From IMG/VR virus record IMGVR_UViG_3300035659_000002: DNA of 64,000 nt, one strand, 5' to 3'. The first letter of the stretch is position 1. Each line of letters starts with the position of its first letter. The stretch is from a virus (taxonomy: Duplodnaviria; Heunggongvirae; Uroviricota; Caudoviricetes). The notes below the pieces were generated by a model. The model was not told where the DNA came from and did no database searches. It worked only from the letters and a program-made list of their open reading frames with translations. Position numbers and translations under genes: made by a program. Positions 46,862-56,027 of this stretch are shown here, piece after piece.

Positions 46862-49109
46862 GTTTTTTCGACCAGATATATGCTTTGCGATTCGTTCGAT
46901 TCCATTCTTGCACGAAGGCCCTGAACGATTGAAATTTGATATGTCCATTATCAATAATTGATAGATCGTTTTTCAGGTTGATGCCATTGATAACAACCGT
47001 GTGTCGTTCCTTGCCATTTCCCCATTTGACATTCGCATTAGGAATGATACTTGCAATAACCGGATAATTCCGACGGAGTGATGCGCGGACCTGGGCAATG
47101 GTCGTATTTTTCACGAGTTTATAATGAAGGTCCATGACTAGCGAAAAGCATTTCTTGATGTTAGGAAAACTATCGCATCCCATGTCATGTAAATAATCCG
47201 GCGTGACTTTCCTTAATCCTGGATTGAAATGTCGCAAGACCGTGGCTAACGAGTTCTCCGAGCAATAATAATCCTTGTCCTCGGCAATCGGAGTAATATT
47301 TAAAATTATTTCCAATCTTTTATTGTTGGTAAGATTCATGACCATGGACGCGGGCATTTCCGACCCACCGACTTGTTGGCCTTCAGCAACATAAAGCATT
47401 CGTTTCCGTTTTTCTTTATCCACCGGTAAAAATTGCTTGCCGCTCCTGAATCCCGTTTCTTCTTCAATCGTGATGGTTGCCCGGCTCGTGAGGTCAACAG
47501 GACCAAGGGCTTTCACGATTTTTTTCAACCATGCTTCCTTGGTCTTGGTTGTAACATCCTTGATCTTGCCTAGTCCTAGTTTCTTAACCCATGCTTTGAC
47601 TTCGGTGAGCGTGATGGCCTTCGACGTGCCGCGTGCCGGTTTCTCGGCATACTCGAATCCGGCGGGTAGCCGCATTGCCTTGTTCATCGGGCTTGCATTC
47701 GCCCACGCCTCTGCCTTGTATTCCTTGAGCTTGTCAAGTACCCACGCCGGGTCATCGGCAAAATAAAAATTCTCTATTAAATTGCCCAAATTGTCATCAT
47801 TTTCTATCGTTTTATAATTGAACCCTTCCTCGTCTTTTAATCGGTTAAACAAATCTTCGTCGGTAACACCGGAAGGTAAATTCTCCGTTCCTTCGGCCAA
47901 TGCGCCCTGTGAATCCCATGAATTTTCACCATCATAAAGAATAAAATGCGGGCATGAATGATACGGATATTCCCGGTTAATCGTGAGCCAATACCAATCC
48001 GGTGTCCCGTCCGCGTGATACCCGGTCACGTTCCTTTCTCTATAATCAATACAGACCACTTCATGACAATACGGGCATTCATATTTTACCGTGCCTTCTA
48101 GATCGTCATACGGTTCGATGCCCTTCAATTCTGGATTGGCAAGTAAAGATTTTGCAAGCAATTCCCAAATGATCCGTGCCGTTAGATCACGACCGGCCGC
48201 GTGTTGATGATGCATGAACTCTCTCTCCGTGCCGTGATCGTTCTCGTGAGTTTCCAATTCGAGATGAGAAATGGAATTTAATGCAACCTCGTGGCATGTT
48301 GCATCTTGATGCCATTTCGGGAGTTTCTCGATAATTTTATGCACGATGTTTTTTTGCCTTTTTTCTTGTTGAGCGGTTGCAATAGCACGCATAAGATACT
48401 CGACGTGCTGATTATACAAGGGTAGTAATGCCTCGCGTTGATAGGAGCGGAGCTTGCGGAGCGACGGGGTTGATACTAGCTCGTTGATGGTGTACAATTC
48501 CGATGGTGTCGCTTCATTTGGTTTCATTTTGCTCATTGCCTTGTTATATTGATCAATAAATTTATCTCGATCCAGGTGTTCCTTGTAAATTATTTTATCG
48601 AATAGCCATCCGGCATTATTGATCGAACCGTCAGGGTTGAGATATACTTTCACCCGTTCATTTAATTGGTCACGGGTTAACGGTAACAGGAGATATATTT
48701 CTCGTCGTTCGTCGTTCAGTCGCTTGAGATATGCTTCGACATCCGTTTTGCCAAGTTTATCCAATTCTTTCTCCCGCACGTGTCGTTCCCGCTTGATCTG
48801 ATTCGGGTCAGAAATTTCTCCAATCTTGATATATGACAAGATGCCATCGAATGCTTTGGGAGGATAGGAGATAAACGTGTCGCCGTCTTGCGTGTTTGAT
48901 ATCTCCCCGCCCCATTTCTTGATATCATCCCATAAATCTTCACTCACGTAAATTTCAGCAATTAGTTCATCACCGGAAGCGGTGATATACCACTTGTTGA
49001 ACGCACGAAGCCAAAGTGCATTATGTCCTGGCGAAATATATCTATGGCTTGCATCGGCAATGATGGCACGCTTGTTCTGCGGAACATCCCGGCCAAATAT
49101 AATGTACAT
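46845..49109 (-). CDS. Mosaic protein with a Zn ribbon, a short helical module and a C-terminal C39-like cysteine peptidase
   Basis: DYYCSENSLATVL (catalytic Cys) ... RHTVVINGI...IIDN (His/Asp); CPYC...HSCPH. Confidence 0.7.
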   Translation of the reverse strand: MYIIFGRDVPQNKRAIIADASHRYISPGHNALWLRAFNKWYITASGDELIAEIYVSEDLWDDIKKWGGEISNTQDGDTFISYPPKAFDGILSYIKIGEISDPNQIKRERHVREKELDKLGKTDVEAYLKRLNDERREIYLLLPLTRDQLNERVKVYLNPDGSINNAGWLFDKIIYKEHLDRDKFIDQYNKAMSKMKPNEATPSELYTINELVSTPSLRKLRSYQREALLPLYNQHVEYLMRAIATAQQEKRQKNIVHKIIEKLPKWHQDATCHEVALNSISHLELETHENDHGTEREFMHHQHAAGRDLTARIIWELLAKSLLANPELKGIEPYDDLEGTVKYECPYCHEVVCIDYRERNVTGYHADGTPDWYWLTINREYPYHSCPHFILYDGENSWDSQGALAEGTENLPSGVTDEDLFNRLKDEEGFNYKTIENDDNLGNLIENFYFADDPAWVLDKLKEYKAEAWANASPMNKAMRLPAGFEYAEKPARGTSKAITLTEVKAWVKKLGLGKIKDVTTKTKEAWLKKIVKALGPVDLTSRATITIEEETGFRSGKQFLPVDKEKRKRMLYVAEGQQVGGSEMPASMVMNLTNNKRLEIILNITPIAEDKDYYCSENSLATVLRHFNPGLRKVTPDYLHDMGCDSFPNIKKCFSLVMDLHYKLVKNTTIAQVRASLRRNYPVIASIIPNANVKWGNGKERHTVVINGINLKNDLSIIDNGHIKFQSFRAFVQEWNRTNRKAYIWSKKHEHLR

Positions 49110-49112
49110 GAT

Positions 49113-49265
49113 TCACATCTTCTTGGTAAAGACATCTGGTTTTTGCACGCCAAGCATTTCACGTGAGCATTTCTGACATATTAACTCCGATTTGCCGTCG
49201 ATGATCACTAACCTGACATCCCGAGGTCGAAACCCGGTGGTCTTGCATTTCGAGCATTGAACCAT
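49113..49265 (-). CDS. 50-aa Zn-finger microprotein
   Basis: Hand translation MVQCSKCK...LICQKCSREM...; TAATG overlap with the upstream gene. Confidence 0.55.
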   Translation of the reverse strand: MVQCSKCKTTGFRPRDVRLVIIDGKSELICQKCSREMLGVQKPDVFTKKM

Positions 49266-50989
49266 TACCAATCACCTGGAAAATCTCGTTTGCCCGGATG
49301 TGCATCGAACCATTTTTTCTTAACTTCCGACTGACGTTTCCAATGTTCCGATTCCGATTCCAATCCCCACCGATCCTTTTGAAAAGTACAAAGCACCGGG
49401 AATTGAAAATCCTTGGGCAAATTCCCGGCCTTGATCAAGTTCCTGATTGCTTGCAACCGGTGATGGCCTCCCATTTGAAAGAAACTTGCCGGGTCTTTGC
49501 CCCCTTGTGGAAAGCATTCGATCATGAGCGGCTGCGCAGGGTCGTACCCGCGTTCCTTGATCATTTTTTCGATCTGGATGATCTTGTTGTAATGCCTGGG
49601 CATGGCTTCCATTGCGTCTTGATTGGCAAAAAACTTTTTGCCACTACCAATATATTTATCAACAAAATCTCTTGCTCGTTCTTCCCAATATGATCCTGCC
49701 AGTTCAGCTTCCGTGAACATGCCAAATCCATAGACATCTTTATCCACCATCAATGCCACGCCTTCACCTTCGCTTTTCAATTGATTCATGATGATAGCTT
49801 GAACTTCCGGCGGCCATTGATCGTAGGGACGGGCTTGCGTGAATATCTCCGATATTTTCGGGGTATAGGTGGTTGATAATCGACGTGCTGCCCAGGCAAA
49901 ATGGTTCTTGATTTTCCTGGCGATTTTTCGTTTATATTCGAGCGTGTACTTCTGCGATAGCTCGGTGAGCGAGGTTTGGCCTTTCGGGATTTTCTTGGTC
50001 GGGTGTTTTTCTTCGATATTGGCAAGGATATCGAATTGTTGGACCGCGCGGTTCGAGTAACGCCATTTGCCCGACATCGGCCATACCTTGATCGCATTCG
50101 TTCGTGCTTTTTTTAATTCTTGTCTACGCAAGGTTTGTTCTTTTCTCCTTATCCTTGCCCGCAATACCGGGTCATCAAATATCACCATGACCGGGATCTT
50201 GAAATCAGGTGGTAATCTTCCTATTGCCATCAAGTTCCGCACGGCCTGGATTCTATGATTGCCATAGGCAATAGAAATCAAGTGTGCATTATCATTCTCG
50301 TGCCAGGAATACCCCACGGTGATTGGATAATCATCGTTATAGCCATCCTTGATTATCGAGTTCTCGATCTTGGTTTGTCTCTCGAAATGTTTCTCTATAT
50401 CTTCTGCATCGGATGAACCAGGTTCTATATATTCCCATGCTGACATCGGTAATTTTTCAGGGGCGATCTTGATGAATTGGTATCGCAATCCCTCGTAGTA
50501 TTCCCTCACGGTTCCGTAGATATCATCATCAAACATGTATTCATTGGTTAATTCCCGAATGATGATATCACGTTGTCTTTGTGTTAAATCCTTGAAGAAG
50601 ATACCTTCAGATTTCTTGAATTGTTTTGCAGCACGTTTTGAATATGTTTCCCTGATTGTCGCTTTTGCATTTCGTGAATTGAATTGATCGACCAAGAACT
50701 GTTGATTAACGGGAAATACATGAGCAATGCTACTAGTCGCATTATGTCGATTGATTTTTTTAACTTGCCAAGAATCGCACGTTTCTATTTGCGTGACTTC
50801 AGCATGATATAAGCCACAATACCCACCGACATGATCGCTGTATTTACAATTGATACATGCATGAAACCCTTTGGGATTGAGCTTCGGGGCTGCTGTTCCG
50901 AGAAACCATGCAACAAAACCGCTTGCACGTCGCAGGCCAGGAATCTGATCACGATTCACGATTCCAATTTCCACGGATTTATTTTTCAT
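49265..50989 (-). CDS. Protein with an N-terminal Cys cluster and two ParB/Srx-like domains
   Basis: IENSIIKDGY..YPITV...GNHRIQAVRNL and IEKMIKERGY..QPLMI...GGHHRLQAIRNL. Confidence 0.8.
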   Translation of the reverse strand: MKNKSVEIGIVNRDQIPGLRRASGFVAWFLGTAAPKLNPKGFHACINCKYSDHVGGYCGLYHAEVTQIETCDSWQVKKINRHNATSSIAHVFPVNQQFLVDQFNSRNAKATIRETYSKRAAKQFKKSEGIFFKDLTQRQRDIIIRELTNEYMFDDDIYGTVREYYEGLRYQFIKIAPEKLPMSAWEYIEPGSSDAEDIEKHFERQTKIENSIIKDGYNDDYPITVGYSWHENDNAHLISIAYGNHRIQAVRNLMAIGRLPPDFKIPVMVIFDDPVLRARIRRKEQTLRRQELKKARTNAIKVWPMSGKWRYSNRAVQQFDILANIEEKHPTKKIPKGQTSLTELSQKYTLEYKRKIARKIKNHFAWAARRLSTTYTPKISEIFTQARPYDQWPPEVQAIIMNQLKSEGEGVALMVDKDVYGFGMFTEAELAGSYWEERARDFVDKYIGSGKKFFANQDAMEAMPRHYNKIIQIEKMIKERGYDPAQPLMIECFPQGGKDPASFFQMGGHHRLQAIRNLIKAGNLPKDFQFPVLCTFQKDRWGLESESEHWKRQSEVKKKWFDAHPGKRDFPGDW

Positions 50990-52621
50990 TTATCGAGACC
51001 TCTTATTCCCTTGGAGAAATGCAAGAACCTTGTCCTCGTTCAAGTCAGCCCGCATAAATATATCCTTCGTGCGAAGCACGTTCTCGCCCATCTTCAATGC
51101 AGGCACGGAAAATATATTATATATCAATGCTTCGGTTTCCGTGTCCGGATCCTCGTCAACCATACGTTTTACATGCTTGATCCCGTGCTTGTCCAGGAAC
51201 GCGATCAATGTCGGACATTTATGGCAATCCTTCGTGGTGAACACTTCAACGATGCCAATGGTAGTTTTGTTTTCTTTTCTCTCTTCCTTTGCCCATTCCT
51301 TTTCTTGTAGCATCATGGCATATCGTGGATAACTCGGCAAATGCCAAATTTGATAGGGCTTGATCGTGCCATCCTGGATATCAGTCTTGAAATTTCTGAT
51401 ACTCGTATAGATGAGACCAGATTCTCGGCTTGACATAAATTCCCGCATCAATTGTTTATAGATAACACTTTCTTTTTGCTTGTCAGTAAGAACCGTCTCC
51501 GGTTCAGTTCCTTTGATAGCAAATTGTCCTTCGATTCTATATCCCGCATTGATAAATGATCGTTTTACTTGCTCGGAGTATTCTTTTTGTCCACTTTCCA
51601 TTCGTTGCCCCGCCAAGAGCTGCTGCTTGATGTAATTATTCCATCTATCTCGTGCAATGTCCACCCAATTGATTTTCTCGTATTCGGTTTTGTTCGTGCG
51701 AGGGAATGCCTTGTCGAACTCGTCACGCAAGGCCACGTAACCAATATATTTATCTCCAAGTTTATAAGTGTATTCAGGATGCGAAAACACATGAATGTCA
51801 TTGATGATGCTCGTGTCCACGAATCGCTTATCTTCTAATACATTGATGGCATTGATGAATGTTACCCAATCAATACCCTGGTTTTGCATATCATTCCAGA
51901 TCGCATAAAATGGAACGGCACCACCATAACGGTTACCGGCATTGGCCTTCTCGATGGCATTCCGCAATATCAAGGCAAATTTCTCGTCGGAGATGGATGC
52001 TTTGTTTTTCCGTTTCTCGGGATGCGTGTCCCGTGGAAACCATGCCCAGGTCTCGCCGGGCTTTATCTCCCGAAAATCCAATCCCGCACGATTCAACGTG
52101 GCTCGCCATTCTTTTTTAAATGCTTGGCTCGTGTTATTGCCAGCAGCGTTCTTCCGTGCCTTGTTATAGGCCGCTTCCATGGATTGTGAAGTTACAAATT
52201 CCTCGTGGGCCGAAAGCAATAGAATCCATCGCACTTTTCCATTCGGCCCTTCCCAGAGAATCACGCCGGGATAAAACAATGACACGTTGCCCATGTCAGC
52301 AGGGGATGGATGACACGATGCAATGTTCATGTCTTTTCGATACGCAACGTGGGTGTGAAATTGCATCTCGTAATCATGTTCGTGAAAAAACGGGGAAGCC
52401 ATGCTCGTGCCTTTGACTTGCTCGTACCCCGTGATACCGGATTGACCTTCTTCAAAATCCAATCCTCCCGATATCTCGATCTTGTTGGTCCTGGCTATTT
52501 TTTCGAGGTCTTTCAAGAATTTAGTACCGAATTTCTTTCGCATGAGTTTATTTTTATTTTTTTGAACAGCTTTGTCATATTCAACCTCGAACCACGCGAG
52601 ACTTGCTTTTTGATAGGGCAT
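50990..52621 (-). CDS. JAB/MPN metalloprotease domain, wHTH-like middle region and C-terminal glutaredoxin domain
   Basis: E(ISGGL)...FHTH...PSPAD JAB motif; VEVFTTKDCHKC...SVPAL glutaredoxin motif. Confidence 0.75.
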   Translation of the reverse strand: MPYQKASLAWFEVEYDKAVQKNKNKLMRKKFGTKFLKDLEKIARTNKIEISGGLDFEEGQSGITGYEQVKGTSMASPFFHEHDYEMQFHTHVAYRKDMNIASCHPSPADMGNVSLFYPGVILWEGPNGKVRWILLLSAHEEFVTSQSMEAAYNKARKNAAGNNTSQAFKKEWRATLNRAGLDFREIKPGETWAWFPRDTHPEKRKNKASISDEKFALILRNAIEKANAGNRYGGAVPFYAIWNDMQNQGIDWVTFINAINVLEDKRFVDTSIINDIHVFSHPEYTYKLGDKYIGYVALRDEFDKAFPRTNKTEYEKINWVDIARDRWNNYIKQQLLAGQRMESGQKEYSEQVKRSFINAGYRIEGQFAIKGTEPETVLTDKQKESVIYKQLMREFMSSRESGLIYTSIRNFKTDIQDGTIKPYQIWHLPSYPRYAMMLQEKEWAKEERKENKTTIGIVEVFTTKDCHKCPTLIAFLDKHGIKHVKRMVDEDPDTETEALIYNIFSVPALKMGENVLRTKDIFMRADLNEDKVLAFLQGNKRSR

Positions 52622-52656
52622 GATGCTATAACCGTTAAATCACTATATCAATTTTT

Positions 52657-53742
52657 TCATAAAGTAGTGAAATGTTCAAGGGTTATATTCCGCTTGAGCA
52701 TTTGGTCTTTTTCGATCTGTTTCAATAATCGTTCTGCCGCTTGTGAATAATACGTCGATCCGGTTTTCAACCATTCAATATAAACAGGTAATTGCACGTT
52801 CTTATTGGCCGCTTCCAAAATTTCGATGCGATCTTTTCCACCGATTAAATAAACCTTTTTATGGCCTTCATCTTTTAATTTGTGCAAGAACCGAGATAAT
52901 CGTTCAATGAATATCTCCCGTTGCCCTGGTCTTTTTTTCAACAATTTTGGTGGGTATTCATAATCAGGCATCTGGTCCTCGATTCTATATGGAATGACGG
53001 TCAGGGGTTCGGACATGATGATTTTTTCAATATACGGGTTTCTCGTTATTGCTGACATCATTTGATGGCTCATACTTTGCGATATCTTCTTTTTTCCATA
53101 TTTCTCCCGTGTTTTCCCGGCTAATGCACAAGGCAAGAAAACGATTGGTTTTTTCGTGTCGAATTTTTCATTCATGACGCGTTCAAACCATGCCACGTTC
53201 GGCGGGTTGTTAAAGTCATCATTGAACGGCACCGTTTTTTGTGGGACGGGCATTGTACGGTTTTCAATCACCATTTTTTTCCATTCCGCACGAGCAAGAT
53301 TCTCCAGATCACTTATTCTATATCCCTTTCCCGTTGCCATGGATAATTTCCTGATGCGGGTATTCCAATTCTTTTTGAGTAGCCAGCTCAATCCTAATGT
53401 GCCTTGAATGTAATTGATTGCTTCGTCAATTTTGAGATATTCGGGTTTCATTTTTTCCCGTGTTTTAGCATCGACATGATGACCTACACGTTCAAGTACA
53501 TGTATATAAGTTTCAAGTTTATCATTCAGATATTTTCTCCCTTTGATGATGCGTTCTTCAATCATGTATGGCCTTGCCAGGTCACCACTGATCACCAGGA
53601 TTTGTTTTGTGGCCAACAGCTCCACGCTTGTCGTTTGTAACAAGACACCCTTGACCGGGACGGGTTGTCCGGTTTCCATGGTGATAAAGAATCCCGTGAT
53701 ATTTCTCGTGCCGGTGTTGGTTTGCACGAAGGCATAGGTCAT
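52657..53742 (-). CDS. Shared N-terminal tag domain plus DUF5591/ArcS-like domain
   Basis: Start MTYAFVQT; cargo FLPC...SQSMSH...SEPLTVIP...YEYPP matches the DUF5591 domain of archaeosine-synthase-type proteins. Confidence 0.8.
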   Translation of the reverse strand: MTYAFVQTNTGTRNITGFFITMETGQPVPVKGVLLQTTSVELLATKQILVISGDLARPYMIEERIIKGRKYLNDKLETYIHVLERVGHHVDAKTREKMKPEYLKIDEAINYIQGTLGLSWLLKKNWNTRIRKLSMATGKGYRISDLENLARAEWKKMVIENRTMPVPQKTVPFNDDFNNPPNVAWFERVMNEKFDTKKPIVFLPCALAGKTREKYGKKKISQSMSHQMMSAITRNPYIEKIIMSEPLTVIPYRIEDQMPDYEYPPKLLKKRPGQREIFIERLSRFLHKLKDEGHKKVYLIGGKDRIEILEAANKNVQLPVYIEWLKTGSTYYSQAAERLLKQIEKDQMLKRNITLEHFTTL

Positions 53743-53746
53743 GCTT

Positions 53747-54574
53747 TTACCACCGTTTCGGCACCGGATACTCCTTGGCTTGTTTCTCGTTGACCACGAT
53801 GAATTTTGCATTAATGTCTAATGCTCTTCCCCCGATTTCCGCTTCCTTCATGCTTGGATAAGGTTGAGGTGATAGAAATTTGTCATTAGAAGGATAATAG
53901 TGGAATCCACCATCATCAAGCCATCGAATAACATAATAGCCCGTGGGAAACTTGTTTAAAAAATAAGCATTCCCTTTATCTGTTTCCCCGGTTATCTTGA
54001 TAGTTTCATCCGGTTTTAGTTCCACGAGAGGTTCGGGTTTATATTCCAAATACCAGGTGTCATCCCAAGCAATATACCAAACCGTCGCCCCGTACCTCCC
54101 CACTTCTGCGATTGCCTTTTCTCGATCATGTATTCTTTTATAAAAAGATAATTCGGCACTCGATGATTGCTTGTCAACGCCGGTGACCGTGTAGATCGCG
54201 TGGTCCTGTTCAGCCGTATGTTTTTCCTGGATGAATACGGAATCACCGGGCTTGGGCATTTCAGATGTATGCCGTTCCAACGTGATTTTCACTCGAATGT
54301 CTTTTCCCGGATATGTAATGATTGCCAGGGACGGTTTCTCGATCACGGTTTGCCCCGGTGTTTTCACGGATGGAGTTATAGCGGCGATGTATGGTTCGGC
54401 ATCTTGGCCGCTAATAACTAAAATTCCCTTGGTTGCCAATAGCTCCGCACTTGTTGTTTGTAACAAGACACCCTTGATCGGGACAGGTCGCCCGGTTGTT
54501 TGATCGACAAAGAACCCCGTGAGTATTTTTCCTTTCTTGTTGGTTTGCACGAATGTAAATAACATGTAATTCAT
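53747..54574 (-). CDS. Shared N-terminal tag domain plus unknown beta-rich cargo
   Basis: LFTFVQTNKKGKILTGFFVDQTTGRPVPIKGVLLQTTSAELLATKGILVISG. Confidence 0.8.
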   Translation of the reverse strand: MNYMLFTFVQTNKKGKILTGFFVDQTTGRPVPIKGVLLQTTSAELLATKGILVISGQDAEPYIAAITPSVKTPGQTVIEKPSLAIITYPGKDIRVKITLERHTSEMPKPGDSVFIQEKHTAEQDHAIYTVTGVDKQSSSAELSFYKRIHDREKAIAEVGRYGATVWYIAWDDTWYLEYKPEPLVELKPDETIKITGETDKGNAYFLNKFPTGYYVIRWLDDGGFHYYPSNDKFLSPQPYPSMKEAEIGGRALDINAKFIVVNEKQAKEYPVPKRW

Positions 54575-56004
54575 CTCGATTCTTCCACTACGCGGAACTC
54601 GAACTCTTTAATCTTTTGTTCAGGAATGGGATAATTGGTTCGGATGCGAAATTGTGTCCATACATCATAACCCGTTGGATTTTCTATTTCAACCAAATAA
54701 TGCTCTATCTCGGATCGTTCGATGCCAGGGTTTCCTTCCAAGATGGCATCTTCAATATATTTGATCGGGACACCGGCAAGACCAATTGGCCGATGCGTGC
54801 CATAGAGATATTTTCCTGGCTTGGGCTTGGTTTTTTTCTTCGGTGGTTCTTTGCCAAGTTTTCGCATCAGGTCATCTCTTTTCTTTTCCAATTCCTCGAT
54901 ACGTTCCTTTTTCTTTTTCCGTTCATACGATCCGCCGCCACGCATTCCACCAAAAGAACGAACACGGGTTTTCCGGGAACGTTCCGATTTTAATTCTTGC
55001 TCGGTTTGTTTCAATTCCAATTCGAGCAAATGAGTTTCCCATGGTTTTCCCGGCGAGACCACTTCCAACAGGGCTTTTGCCCGTTTCTCGAACCGTGCAT
55101 ATTTTTCTCTTCCAATATATTGATGCAATTCCCTTTCGATGATTGGCAATTGCTGTGTTGCTTGGTACTTGGTCATTTTTACAACCGGATAGTGGAGATT
55201 GAAAATAGCGTTATAATCAGCAATCGTCATTAGATGATATTCTTTAAGAATTTTTTTAGGCAATTCCACGTTGATAGCAAATATATCCGCACCTCCACGC
55301 GTGAACTCCTTTGACATTCCATGTCCGGTTGGAAAATACGTGCCGCTCGTTACTAGAACCGTTTCCACTTCCAAGCTTTCAACGCCTAGCTCCTTGGCAA
55401 TGGCATCTGAAAAACCAGGTTTCTCATAAGTTTCATACAAGGTCAAATAAGGGTCTGCAACATAGAGCCATATTTTTTGCACGCCAGGGACAGGCTCGAT
55501 AAACCAACGTCCAATTGCTGATAATTGTTTAGGATCAATATAGCTGGGCATCAAACGAAATGTTTTTTTAACCTTCTCGTAATAATCCATCACGCAATCG
55601 AACGTGGGGCAATTCACCACCTCCATGGAGAGCTTGCTATGTTCGCTATTATCAATTGCGATAAAATTAGTTTTTCCCTGGAGAACGATGAACACACGAG
55701 AATCGGAATCAGTTTGATATTTTGCGAACCCAAGCCCGATATAATCTTCGAGCTTGGTCACCCCCTTCGATGGCTCGACACGCGTGATTGGTTTGTCGGG
55801 TTGTTTCAGCTTGATAACCATGTCGATATATGGCCTTGCTTGCTCGCCGCTAATTACCGGGATTTGCTTGGTTGCAAGTAGTTCCGCATTTGTCGTTTGA
55901 AACAAGTTTCCTTTGACCGGGACGAGCTTCCCGTTTTCAGCGTTGATGAAGAATCCGGTGATCGTGGTTTCTTTTATCCCTGTTTGAACGAATGCGAATG
56001 TCAT
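54571..56004 (-). CDS. Shared N-terminal tag domain plus unknown multi-domain cargo with a coiled coil
   Basis: MTFAFVQTGIKETTITGFFINAENGKLVPVKGNLFQTTNAELLATKQIPVISG. Confidence 0.8.
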   Translation of the reverse strand: MTFAFVQTGIKETTITGFFINAENGKLVPVKGNLFQTTNAELLATKQIPVISGEQARPYIDMVIKLKQPDKPITRVEPSKGVTKLEDYIGLGFAKYQTDSDSRVFIVLQGKTNFIAIDNSEHSKLSMEVVNCPTFDCVMDYYEKVKKTFRLMPSYIDPKQLSAIGRWFIEPVPGVQKIWLYVADPYLTLYETYEKPGFSDAIAKELGVESLEVETVLVTSGTYFPTGHGMSKEFTRGGADIFAINVELPKKILKEYHLMTIADYNAIFNLHYPVVKMTKYQATQQLPIIERELHQYIGREKYARFEKRAKALLEVVSPGKPWETHLLELELKQTEQELKSERSRKTRVRSFGGMRGGGSYERKKKKERIEELEKKRDDLMRKLGKEPPKKKTKPKPGKYLYGTHRPIGLAGVPIKYIEDAILEGNPGIERSEIEHYLVEIENPTGYDVWTQFRIRTNYPIPEQKIKEFEFRVVEESR

Positions 56005-56027
56005 GGATCATCACCATGAAAAAATGA

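Noticed and set aside
49265-50989. ParABS partition system
   Set aside because: No ParA/Soj ATPase nearby and no HTH after the ParB-like domains.
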